A stretch of DNA of 64,000 nucleotides, from assembly GCA_964410945.1 (NCBI GenBank), contig CAYPJE010000007.1, positions 28,733 to 92,732 on the forward strand, read 5' to 3'. How positions within the stretch are numbered: position 1 is the stretch's first letter; each line of letters opens with the position of its first letter. The translations under genes were made by a program, and so were the position numbers. A model generated the notes under the pieces. The model was not told where the DNA came from. It did not search any database and saw nothing but the letters and a program-made list of their open reading frames with translations. Source of the DNA: an uncultured bacterium. Its GTDB lineage: Bacteria; Fidelibacterota; Marinisomatia; Marinisomatales; TCS56. This document shows, in pieces, positions 1 to 8,837 of this stretch.

Positions 1-651
1 GAAGAATTCGGCTGGTATTCCCGGAATACAGGTCAGAATCCGGTTTTATCAGAAGGAAAAAAGACGGTTGCCCTGGAAATTGCCGAGCAGTTGAATTGGG
101 ATGTCCCGGATGTAATTTTTGTTCCCGTAGGCGATGGTTGTATCATCGGGGGTGTCTATAAAGGTTTTCATGACTTGCACCAGTTAGGCTGGACTGATCG
201 AGTTCCACGCATAATAGCAGTCCAGGCCGAGGGATCGGCGGCGATTGTCAAAGCCTTCAAATCTGATAAACCCATTGCTGCCGTTGTCGCGCAAACCATA
301 GCCGACAGTATATCTGTTGACCTGCCCCGTGACGGACTCAAAGCATTGCGGGCGATGAAGGCCAGCAGTGGTGATGGAATAACCGTTAGTGATGATGCGA
401 TCCTATTAGCACAAAAGGAATTGTCGGCTGGCAGTGGAGTTTTTACCGAACCAGCGGCTGCAGCCGCATTTGCCGGATTTCTAGAGGCCGTGTCCAAACG
501 ATCAATCGCTAAATCAGATCGAGTGGTTATTCTGGCCACCGGTAGCGGATTAAAGGATATCCCCGCTGCTCAAAGACGATTGGTATTTCATGCTCCAGTC
601 CAGCCAAACTTGGGGAAATTCAAGTTATTTATCAAGGACTCTCCAATCTGA
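1..651 (+). CDS. PLP-dependent threonine-synthase-like enzyme (fold type II), N-terminus outside window
   Basis: Frame 1 is open from nt 1 (EEFGWYSRNTGQNPVLSEGKKTVALEIAEQL) into the listed 91..651 ORF. The blocks FVPVGDGCIIGG..KGF and ILATGSGLKD resemble ThrC-family loops. The TGA at 649-651 overlaps the next ATG (TGATG). Confidence 0.7.
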   Translation, partial: EEFGWYSRNTGQNPVLSEGKKTVALEIAEQLNWDVPDVIFVPVGDGCIIGGVYKGFHDLHQLGWTDRVPRIIAVQAEGSAAIVKAFKSDKPIAAVVAQTIADSISVDLPRDGLKALRAMKASSGDGITVSDDAILLAQKELSAGSGVFTEPAAAAAFAGFLEAVSKRSIAKSDRVVILATGSGLKDIPAAQRRLVFHAPVQPNLGKFKLFIKDSPI

Positions 652-1136
652 TGTTAATCGTAAATAGGGCAATATATAAAGATATAAGCATATCAGTTAA
701 TGGAAAACTTTATACTGAAAATATACCAACTCACATCCGGTTGCTTGATTTTCTTCGGGAAGTTTTACACCTGACTGGTACCAAGGAAGTCTGCGGTGAA
801 GGGGAATGTGGAGCCTGTACTGTGATTATGGATGGCAAAGCCGTTAATGCCTGCCTGATTCTGGCAGTGGAGGCCGATGGTTCGGAAATAACCAATATCG
901 AAGGTCTGGGGCAGGAAAAGCAGCTTAATGAATTACAGCAGGCGTTTGTAGATGAACATGCCGTCCAGTGTGGCTATTGTATCCCCGGGATGGTAATGTC
1001 GGCTGAAGCATTGAAGGCTGATGGTGGAGTCTATTCCCGCGATGAAATCAAACATAGTCTGGCCGGAAACATCTGCCGCTGCACCGGATACGCCAAGATA
1101 ATTATGGCGGTAGAAAAAGAGTTGGGAGCCCGCTAG
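651..1136 (+). CDS. [2Fe-2S]-binding small subunit of a xanthine dehydrogenase/CO dehydrogenase-family molybdenum hydroxylase (copy 1)
   Basis: CGEGECGACTV ferredoxin-type motif plus second-cluster motifs QCGYCIPG and CRCTGY. At 161 aa it is the typical size. It has 1-nt overlaps with both neighbours. Confidence 0.9.
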   Translation: MLIVNRAIYKDISISVNGKLYTENIPTHIRLLDFLREVLHLTGTKEVCGEGECGACTVIMDGKAVNACLILAVEADGSEITNIEGLGQEKQLNELQQAFVDEHAVQCGYCIPGMVMSAEALKADGGVYSRDEIKHSLAGNICRCTGYAKIIMAVEKELGAR

Positions 1137-1984
1137 TGGAGTACTATCGTCCCGGTTCACTGAGTGAAGCGCAGGAATTGCTGGCCCGTCTCGACGGCGT
1201 TGAGTATCAGTTACTGGCTGGGGGTACTGATTTATTGCCCCGGTACGAGCAGGGTAAAACACTGCCGGAAAACTTGATTGATCTTAAAAAGATACCTGAT
1301 TTAAACGGTATTAGGATTATTAATGGTCATCTGATAATCGGGGCATTAACGACACTCGAAGATATTCGATGCAGTTCGGTATTGAAGGATAAATTACCGG
1401 CCCTGGTTCAGGCCGCTGCTGGTTTTGCGGCCACCCAGATTCGCAACCGGGCAACTGTCGGTGGTAATATCTGTAATGCCTCACCGGCCGGGGATACACT
1501 GCCGGTCTTGTATGCAGCACAGGCAGAATTGGTTCTGGCAGGGCCTGCTGGTGGACGGCAAATTCCGATCAGTGAATTCATCACCGGTCCGGGACAGACC
1601 AGCCTGGAAGCGGAGGAATTTCTTACCAGAATAATTATTCCAATACCGGTTGGATATCAGCGATTTTTCAAGCTGGGGCTTCGGGAATCAATGGCGATTT
1701 CGGTGATTAATTTTGCCGTTAATGGCAGGGCAGACCAAGAAAAAGGATTAATTTCTTTAAGTATAGCGGCCGGAGCGGTTGCGCCGACAGTAGTAATGTT
1801 AAAAGGAATAGTTAAAGCGATTATTGAAGATGGAATATCTGTTTCTGAAGCTATCGATGAAGTTGATTTGGATATTGCACCAATCGATGATCTGCGGGCC
1901 ACGGCAGAATACCGCCGTAAGGTATTGAAGAATGTTTTGCAGTATGAACTGGAACAGATCCTTGAAATGAGGGAAGGTGATTAG
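1136..1984 (+). CDS. FAD-binding medium subunit of a molybdenum hydroxylase (CoxM/XdhB-like, copy 1)
   Basis: GTG start overlaps the upstream TAG. LLAGGTDL and ATVGGNICNASPAGD are FAD-binding motifs. Length 282 aa. Confidence 0.88.
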   Translation: MEYYRPGSLSEAQELLARLDGVEYQLLAGGTDLLPRYEQGKTLPENLIDLKKIPDLNGIRIINGHLIIGALTTLEDIRCSSVLKDKLPALVQAAAGFAATQIRNRATVGGNICNASPAGDTLPVLYAAQAELVLAGPAGGRQIPISEFITGPGQTSLEAEEFLTRIIIPIPVGYQRFFKLGLRESMAISVINFAVNGRADQEKGLISLSIAAGAVAPTVVMLKGIVKAIIEDGISVSEAIDEVDLDIAPIDDLRATAEYRRKVLKNVLQYELEQILEMREGD

Positions 1985-1995
1985 TCAAGTTAGTT

Positions 1996-2420
1996 CGACC
2001 CTTTCTGGGTCGTTAATAACAGGGGTGAGGTATTCTGCCGGTTGCACCGGTAGTTATTCACATTTAATCCCTCCGGGATTGTGACAATTAGTAATTGGGT
2101 TTGTATAGATTTGAACAATGTATGTAATGGTTATCAATATTATCCAGGGTTCACAGGGTGGAATTCTAAGGGAATTGATTTAATTCTTATCGAAATGTTT
2201 CTGACAAAAGACCGGTGGGACTGCATGGGAAATGGATATCGATTGGATGTCACATAATTGCTGTGAAATGCATACAGGTAATTATAGGTTATGAATAACC
2301 TTAAATCAATAGTATGATGTTAATATACTTTGCTATTGCTGCTGACATAACCCCGGAGGGGTTAAATATGAATAGTAAAATATTTTCGATATTATTCACA
2401 ACCCTGGAAGGGTTGAATAA
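1996..2420. repeat. family of short CCC-loop-GGG hairpins in the 440-bp AT-rich spacer upstream of the Y1 transposase gene
   Basis: Four hairpins: cgaccc-tttct-gggtcg (1996-2012), aatccc-tcc-gggatt (2066-2080), taacccc-gga-ggggtta (2348-2364) and ttattc-a-caaccc-tggaa-gggttg-gaataa (2392-2420). Segments 2054-2080 and 2392-2415 also share the direct motif TTATTCACA before the hairpin. Confidence 0.6.
2392..2420 (+). promoter_or_regulatory. 12-bp-stem hairpin ending 3 nt before the transposase ATG (possible translation-initiation occlusion)
   Basis: TTATTC/GAATAA plus CAACCC/GGGTTG arms with loop tggaa. The ATG is at 2424, so any ribosome-binding region lies inside the 3' arm. Confidence 0.4.
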
Positions 2421-2423
2421 TTA

Positions 2424-2870
2424 ATGTCAACTTTCACCAGGATATATTATCATATCGTATTTTCTACTAAATATCGTGATCCATGTCTGACGATTGAAAA
2501 CAGGGAAAAACTATTTAAATATATCTGGGGGATAATTAATAAAAAGGATTGCCATTTATATCGCATCAATGGAGTGGAGGATCATATTCACATATTGACA
2601 GACTTGAAATCAAATATTTCCCTTGCCGATTTTGTTAAAGATATCAAAGTCGCCTCTTCAATCTGGATAAAAAATCAGAACATATTTCCTGCTTTTGAGG
2701 GCTGGCAGGAAGGCTATGCCGCTTTCACATGCGGCAGTAATGATAAAGATATGATAATCAATTATATCAAAAACCAGGAGGTTCATCACCGAAAACGAAC
2801 ATATTTGGAGGAGGTGGAAAGATTCCTGGAAGAGAATGAAATTGATTATGATAGCAGGTATCTGGTTTGA
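2424..2870 (+). CDS. IS200/IS605-type Y1 (HUH) transposase / RAYT-like protein
   Basis: N-terminal YYHIVFSTKYR block, HUH motif in EDHIHILTD, and a C-terminal Tyr helix NYIKNQEVHH. Length 148 aa. The gene and flanks are clearly more AT-rich than the neighbours. Confidence 0.85.
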   Translation: MSTFTRIYYHIVFSTKYRDPCLTIENREKLFKYIWGIINKKDCHLYRINGVEDHIHILTDLKSNISLADFVKDIKVASSIWIKNQNIFPAFEGWQEGYAAFTCGSNDKDMIINYIKNQEVHHRKRTYLEEVERFLEENEIDYDSRYLV

Positions 2871-2935
2871 CGCAAGCTGCAGCAATGATAAGTTTAACAG
2901 GATTTGAATAATGGTAATTAAAAAGAATTAGATAA

Positions 2936-5900
2936 ATGTCCGATAAACTCTATCCTATCCCGCTTGAGCGTCTTTTACCCTGGATAATGGCCGAGGAAAA
3001 ACAGGGCAGTATCTTTGGAATATCCAAAGAATTATTTTTTGTACCCCATATTGATCAGCCCTTTCGGATGAAACGTTATGGTCAGCTTCTTGAAAACCCG
3101 ATTGGTGTGGCGGCTGGCCCCCATACTCAATTGTCCCAAAATATAGTTGCTGCCTGGCTGACCGGCGCCCGGTATATTGAATTGAAAACCGTTCAGACCC
3201 TTGATGAGATTGAGGTTGTCAAACCCTGTATCGATATTCAGGATGAAGGCTATAACTGCGAATGGTCCCAGGAATTGAAATTGCGTCAGTCTTTTGATCA
3301 GTACCTCGATGCCTGGATTCTGGTCCATATCCTTCGTCATCACTGGGGATGGGAAGGTGATGGTCCCGGTGTCATTTTCAATATGAGCGTAGGTTATGAC
3401 ATGAATGGTATTTTAAATGCCAATGTACAGGAATTCCTTGATTCGATGGTTGGCTGCCAGTCAGAACTGGACAAGAAACTGAACCGGATCGAAAAGATAT
3501 ATCCGGGGATATCTCAGGTGGAAATACCCGGTAGAATCACCAATAACATCACCCTGTCAACCATGCATGGCTGCCCGCCGGATGAAATCGAGAAAATTGC
3601 CCGCTATCTGATCGAGGATCGCCATCTGCACACCACCGTAAAACTTAATCCGACATTACTGGGTCCGGAACATCTGAGAGAAATCATCAACGGCAAGCTG
3701 GGATTCCGCAATGTGGAGGTACCTGACATTGCCTTTGAACACGATTTGAAATATGAACAGGCATTGGCATTAATTCGTAACCTCACTGCAACCGCCGGAT
3801 TGAGTGGGGTGGAATTTGGATTGAAGCTCACCAATACCCTGGAAGTGCTGAACCGGAAACTGATTTTCCCGGACAGTGAGAAACAGGCCTATTTAAGTGG
3901 CCGGGCTCTGCACCCGATTTCAGTTAACCTGGCCAAACAGCTCCAGCATGCATTTGACGGGGAACTGGATATTTCTTTCTGTGCCGGTGCGGATTGCTAT
4001 AATGTATCCGATCTGGTAGCTTGCGGTGTTGCACCAGTCACTACCTGCTCTGATTTATTGAAGCCGGGAGGATACGGACGTCTGGCACAGTATATTGCTA
4101 ATCTGGAAGCAGATTTCCAGCATTACAAGGCCGGTTCAATCGATGAATTGATCATCAATTATTCCAGGCAGCGAATTGATTTACGCACTGCGATCCGGGC
4201 GAACCTCTCCACCTATGCTGATAAGGTGCTTGATTTGGCCCAATATCAGCGTCAGAAGCCCTTTTATCCCTCAATCAAGGGGCAACGCCCACTGGATTAT
4301 TTTGATTGCGTTTCAGCCCCCTGTGTGGAGACCTGTGCCGCCCACCAGGGTATACCGGATTATTTGTATCATTCAAGCCGGGGCGAATTCGATCTGGCTT
4401 ATGATGTAATTCTCCGGACCAATTCAATGCCGGCTGTGACCGGGTATGTCTGTGACCATCAGTGCCAGAATAAATGTACCCGCATTAATTATGACCGACC
4501 ACTAATGATCCGTGACATTAAACGCTTTGTTTCCGAAGACCAGGCCGGCCAGGAAACCAACAAACCCAAACCGGATAAAGGACGCAAAGCAGCCGTAGTC
4601 GGTGGTGGTCCCTCGGGAATTACCTGCGCATATTTCCTTGCTTTGGAAGGTTTTGAGGTAACACTTTATGAACATAGCCAAAGCTTGGGGGGGATGGTAT
4701 CGGGGATGATACCCTCATTCCGGCTGGGGGCAGAAAGTATCAGTAATGACCTGAATATGCTGGAAAGATCGGGCGTTCTGGTAAAGACCGGTCGACAAAT
4801 TTCCAGCAATGATTTTGATCGGCTGCGAAAGGAAAATAATTATATCTATCTGGCTGTGGGTGCCCAAAGCAGCAAACGCCTGGGGATCAGCGGGGAAGAT
4901 ACAGATGGGGTCCTTGATCCACTGGTTTTCCTGGCTGATGTGAAAACCGGAGATAACCTGCCGGCTGGGTCCGAAGTACTGATAATCGGCGGCGGGAATA
5001 CGGCCATGGATGCTGCCCGGACCGCCCGTCGTGCGGTCGGTGAACAGGGAAAGGTGACCATTGTATACCGCCGGACGATCGACCAGATGCCCGCCGACTG
5101 GGAGGAAGTGGCCGCCGCTCAAGCCGAGGGAATCGCTGTGCGGGAATTACTGGCACCTTTGAAAATCGAATCCGGTGGCGGAGGATTGGTTCTGACGGTA
5201 CAGAAAATGAAATTGGGCACCCCCGATTCCAGTGGCCGGTTGCGTCCGGTTCCAATCGATAGTGCTTATTCCAGCATTAGCGCCGATTACATCATTCCTG
5301 CCGTCGGGCAGGATGTGGAACTGGATTTCATGCCGGGCAATAAAATTAAAGTAGATCCTGAAACCCAACAGACTGATATGCCGGATGTCTACGCCGGTGG
5401 TGATGCGGTCCGGGGAGCCGATACCATTATCGGTGCTATTGCCGACGGACATAAGGCCGCCCGGAGCATCACACGCGCCGCAGGCTTTGAAGCGGATGAC
5501 AGCTTCAAACTATTGAAGGGAAAAGGGGATAGGGCTGATCAGCCGATACGGTTCGCCACCCGCGATTATGGCGATTTTGCGGAACATGATTATTCCGAAA
5601 TGCAGACGGCACCACAAAAAGTACTGTTGACGGCCGAACAGGCCAGAGCCGAAGCTTCCCGTTGTCTGTATTGTGACGAATTCTGTGATGTCTGTGTAAC
5701 TGTCTGTCCCAACCGGGCTAACCTGGCTTATCCGACTGAAATGATTGATGTTCCATTACCGGCTATTTCATCTGATGGTGCCGTTTCAGCCGAATCCAGA
5801 TTTGTTATTACTCAACCTGCTCAGATAGTAAACCTGGCTGAGCTGTGCAACGAATGTGGTAATTGTACTACTTTCTGTCCTACCAGCGGACGGCCTTTTG

Positions 5901-6214
5901 CTGATAAGCCACACCTGTTTTTAACGGCTTCCGGTTTTGCCGGAGAAGAAGCAGGGTACCTGCTGACTGGACATGAACTGCATTTTAAAGACGGTACCAA
6001 TGAAGCACGGCTGTGGGAACATGGAAATTCGCTGCGGTATGAAAGTCAAACTATAAGCGCGTATATTGATCCTGTGACATTTGAAACATCCCGCATTAAA
6101 TTAAAAAACGTGGTTACAGATATGGTTACACTTGAAGATGCTTTTAGGATGGTTGTTCTCTGGAAGGGGCTGAACAAATTAACATATTTGAAAGATGAAA
6201 CAATGTCATCCTGA
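2936..6214 (+). CDS. ygfK: YgfK-like multidomain flavoprotein/Fe-S oxidoreductase (DPD-like TIM barrel + GltD-like FAD/NAD(P) module + C-terminal 2x[4Fe-4S])
   Basis: 1092 aa. Two Rossmann motifs (VVGGGPSGITCAYFLALEG and LIIGGGNTAMDAART), GGDAVRG, and Cys clusters CVSAPCVETC..CDHQCQNKC, CLYCDEFCDVCVTVCP and CNECGNCTTFCP. Its position relative to the amidohydrolase, FAD subunit and Mo subunit matches E. coli ygfK (recalled from memory). Confidence 0.82.
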   Translation: MSDKLYPIPLERLLPWIMAEEKQGSIFGISKELFFVPHIDQPFRMKRYGQLLENPIGVAAGPHTQLSQNIVAAWLTGARYIELKTVQTLDEIEVVKPCIDIQDEGYNCEWSQELKLRQSFDQYLDAWILVHILRHHWGWEGDGPGVIFNMSVGYDMNGILNANVQEFLDSMVGCQSELDKKLNRIEKIYPGISQVEIPGRITNNITLSTMHGCPPDEIEKIARYLIEDRHLHTTVKLNPTLLGPEHLREIINGKLGFRNVEVPDIAFEHDLKYEQALALIRNLTATAGLSGVEFGLKLTNTLEVLNRKLIFPDSEKQAYLSGRALHPISVNLAKQLQHAFDGELDISFCAGADCYNVSDLVACGVAPVTTCSDLLKPGGYGRLAQYIANLEADFQHYKAGSIDELIINYSRQRIDLRTAIRANLSTYADKVLDLAQYQRQKPFYPSIKGQRPLDYFDCVSAPCVETCAAHQGIPDYLYHSSRGEFDLAYDVILRTNSMPAVTGYVCDHQCQNKCTRINYDRPLMIRDIKRFVSEDQAGQETNKPKPDKGRKAAVVGGGPSGITCAYFLALEGFEVTLYEHSQSLGGMVSGMIPSFRLGAESISNDLNMLERSGVLVKTGRQISSNDFDRLRKENNYIYLAVGAQSSKRLGISGEDTDGVLDPLVFLADVKTGDNLPAGSEVLIIGGGNTAMDAARTARRAVGEQGKVTIVYRRTIDQMPADWEEVAAAQAEGIAVRELLAPLKIESGGGGLVLTVQKMKLGTPDSSGRLRPVPIDSAYSSISADYIIPAVGQDVELDFMPGNKIKVDPETQQTDMPDVYAGGDAVRGADTIIGAIADGHKAARSITRAAGFEADDSFKLLKGKGDRADQPIRFATRDYGDFAEHDYSEMQTAPQKVLLTAEQARAEASRCLYCDEFCDVCVTVCPNRANLAYPTEMIDVPLPAISSDGAVSAESRFVITQPAQIVNLAELCNECGNCTTFCPTSGRPFADKPHLFLTASGFAGEEAGYLLTGHELHFKDGTNEARLWEHGNSLRYESQTISAYIDPVTFETSRIKLKNVVTDMVTLEDAFRMVVLWKGLNKLTYLKDETMSS

Positions 6215-6271
6215 GCTAGCCTGCTGGGTCGTAGCACAGCGTAGACTAGTCGAAGGATGACATAAATAATT

Positions 6272-7678
6272 ATGTCAAGAATACTTATTAAAAACTCACA
6301 ACTGATCGCCCGGATGGATGATTCCGGCACCGAATTCAGCGGGGGACACATTCTGATCGATAACGGAATTATCGAATCAATCGGTCCGGAACCACTGGAT
6401 ATTCCCGGTGCTGAAGTGATCGATGCCAGGGGAATGACAGTATTACCTGGATTCGTGAATACCCATCACCATTTCTACCAGACTTTGACCCGCAACATCC
6501 CCCTGATGCAGGATCAGCCCCTGTTCGACTGGCTGAAGAATCACTATGAGGTCTGGCGGGAGATTACCTCAGAAGCGGTGACCGTCAGCAGTACAACGGC
6601 CTTGCTGGAATTGATGAAATCGGGCACTACCACCAGTTCGGATCATCATTACCTTTTTCCCCGGGCGTCCGGAGGTGATCTGATCGATGCCCAGATCAAA
6701 GCGGCCCGTGAGTTGGGTGTGCGCTTCCATGCCACCCGCGGATCCATGTCACTGGGCCGATCCCAGGGTGGACTGCCACCGGATGATGTGGTCCAGACCG
6801 AGGCCGAGATCCAGACCGACGTGGAGCGTCTTTTAGAAAAATATCATGATGGGTCCGAAGGAGCGATGGTCAGGGTGGCATTGTCACCTTGCTCGCCTTT
6901 TTCGGTGACTCCGGAATCATTGAAACAGTCTGCCGAATATGCCCTGGCGAATAATATCCATATGCATACCCATCTGGCGGAAACCAGGGATGAAGAGGAT
7001 TTCTGCCTTAATTATGTCGGTAAACGTCCGGCCGAGTTCATGGCCGATCAGGGTTGGTTTAATGATAAAGCCTGGTTTGCCCATTCGATTTTTCTCAACG
7101 ATGATGAAATCAGCCGACTTGGGGCAGCCGGTGGTGGAATTGCCCATTGCCCGTCGTCGAATATGCGACTGGGTTCGGGGATTGCCCGTATCAGCGAAAT
7201 GCTGGAGGCCGGTGTTAAAGTCGGTCTTGGTGTCGACGGATCAGCTTCCAATGACAGCAGCAATATGCTGGCTGAGATCCGGCAGGCCCTGCTTATTTCG
7301 CGGTTGCGGGAAGAAAAACACTGGCTGACGGCCCGGGATGTACTGTGGATCGCTACCCGGGGAGGTGCAGCGGCCCTGGGACGCAGCGATATCGGTCAAT
7401 TGTCGGTTGGGAAACAGGCTGACATCGCCCTCTTCTCCGTTGATTCACTGGAATATGCCGGTGCCCAGTCCGATCCTCTGGCTGCTTTGGCATTTACGGT
7501 ACGGATGAGCCCGGTGGATTACCTGATCGTCAACGGTAGAATTTGTATTCGCAGTGGTAAAAGCTCGCTGGACGAGTCTGATTTGGTACGCAAACATAAC
7601 ATTATAGCCGGCCGGTTGCTGGAACGGGCCGGGAAAAATACCGGTCTTGATTTTATGAATAATAACAGGCAAAATTGA
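6272..7678 (+). CDS. amidohydrolase-superfamily deaminase (8-oxoguanine deaminase / SsnA-position homolog)
   Basis: VLPGFVNTHHHFYQTLTR metal-binding HxH block, HTHLAET, and GLGVDGSASND Asp ligand. Length 468 aa. Confidence 0.8.
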   Translation: MSRILIKNSQLIARMDDSGTEFSGGHILIDNGIIESIGPEPLDIPGAEVIDARGMTVLPGFVNTHHHFYQTLTRNIPLMQDQPLFDWLKNHYEVWREITSEAVTVSSTTALLELMKSGTTTSSDHHYLFPRASGGDLIDAQIKAARELGVRFHATRGSMSLGRSQGGLPPDDVVQTEAEIQTDVERLLEKYHDGSEGAMVRVALSPCSPFSVTPESLKQSAEYALANNIHMHTHLAETRDEEDFCLNYVGKRPAEFMADQGWFNDKAWFAHSIFLNDDEISRLGAAGGGIAHCPSSNMRLGSGIARISEMLEAGVKVGLGVDGSASNDSSNMLAEIRQALLISRLREEKHWLTARDVLWIATRGGAAALGRSDIGQLSVGKQADIALFSVDSLEYAGAQSDPLAALAFTVRMSPVDYLIVNGRICIRSGKSSLDESDLVRKHNIIAGRLLERAGKNTGLDFMNNNRQN

Positions 7679-7680
7679 CT

Positions 7681-8409
7681 ATGTGGTCTTCAATAAAAAC
7701 AATTCATCATCCTGATTCGCTGGTCTCTGCCAGCCAACTGGCCAAAGAGGAGGCCACCGCATTGTTGGCCGGTGGGACTTACCTGGTGGCCGAACGCTAC
7801 CCAGCCATCAGCAACCTGGTGGACCTTAACGGGCTGCTAAAGAGTGAAATAAAAATTGCCGAGCAGGAACTGATCTGTGACGCTGGGGTTGTCCTTCAGG
7901 ATCTTGTTGATCATTTTTCAATTGACGATCCTCTCCGGTTAGGCACCGCCGCCCGGCATTCCTGCTCATCGAAAAATATCCGCAATCAACGGACGCTGGG
8001 GGGCGAAATCGCCCGGGGCCGAACCGATTCGGAACTGGTGGTGGCGCTGACGGCATTGAATGCCCAACTGATCACAGCGGAGGATTCGATAATAACCGGG
8101 GTGGCCGTTGATCTGAGTGATAATCCCAAAGTGGCCCTGGAACGCTTTGCCCTGCTGCCTTCGGCGCCGGCTTTTGTTATAGTAGCTGCCGTATGTCGTG
8201 GGGAAAGCCTGAAGATCGTAGTGGGTGGTAAGGCTGATAAACTGGCGGTGGAAGACGTACCTTCCGACGGCTGTACCGTAGAATGGATCGCCGGTTTCTG
8301 TAAAGCTGCAGCCGAAAGATTTCCTGCGGACCATATCGGCAATCGTGATTATAAACAGACCGTGATAACCACGGGGCTTAAACGGGTGGCGGAGGCCCTA
8401 TGCAGATAA
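7681..8409 (+). CDS. FAD-binding subunit of molybdenum hydroxylase (YgfM-like, copy 2)
   Basis: LLAGGTYLV and RTLGGEIA FAD-binding-domain motifs, about 243 aa. An alternative TTG start at 7675 overlaps the upstream stop. The 3' end overlaps the next ATG by 10 nt. Confidence 0.78.
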   Translation: MWSSIKTIHHPDSLVSASQLAKEEATALLAGGTYLVAERYPAISNLVDLNGLLKSEIKIAEQELICDAGVVLQDLVDHFSIDDPLRLGTAARHSCSSKNIRNQRTLGGEIARGRTDSELVVALTALNAQLITAEDSIITGVAVDLSDNPKVALERFALLPSAPAFVIVAAVCRGESLKIVVGGKADKLAVEDVPSDGCTVEWIAGFCKAAAERFPADHIGNRDYKQTVITTGLKRVAEALCR

Positions 8410-8837
8410 ATATCTCATTAAACGGCCAACAACTGGCAATCATCGTTGCCCCGGGTGAAACCCTGTTGGAAGTCCTGCGGGACCAGGGCTATTTCGGGGC
8501 CAAACACGGTTGTGATCATGGTGAGTGCGGGGCCTGCACGGTGCTGATAGATGATAAGGCTGTCAATTCCTGCCTGGTCCTGGCTCATAGTGCGGATGGG
8601 AAAAAAGTGGAAACGATTGAGGGATTGGGCGATCATGAGCAACTACATCCGTTGCAGGAGAAATTCATTGCCAGCGGAGCGATCCAATGCGGTTTCTGTA
8701 CGCCGGCCATGATCCTGGCATTGGAGGCCCTGAGTCGGGAAACAACGGAACCAACTGAAGCACAGGTGAGGGATGCGCTGTCGGGGATCCTGTGTCGTTG
8801 CACCGGCTATGTGAAACCGGTGGAGGCGGCCTTATGA
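8400..8837 (+). CDS. [2Fe-2S]-binding small subunit of molybdenum hydroxylase (copy 2)
   Basis: CDHGECGACTV, QCGFCTPA and CRCTGY motifs. Length 145 aa. ATGA overlap with the large-subunit start. Confidence 0.9.
   Translation: MQINISLNGQQLAIIVAPGETLLEVLRDQGYFGAKHGCDHGECGACTVLIDDKAVNSCLVLAHSADGKKVETIEGLGDHEQLHPLQEKFIASGAIQCGFCTPAMILALEALSRETTEPTEAQVRDALSGILCRCTGYVKPVEAAL

Noticed and set aside
1993-2012. tRNA T-arm-like string GTTCGACCC...GGGTCG
   Set aside because: No acceptor, D or anticodon arms can be built around it. It is one member of the CCC/GGG hairpin family.
8792-8833. Listed N-terminal extension of the Mo subunit (MSLHRLCETGGGGL)
   Set aside because: It lies entirely within the 3' end of the 2Fe-2S gene in another frame. 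The ATG at 8834 gives the canonical MKVIGKP start with ATGA coupling.
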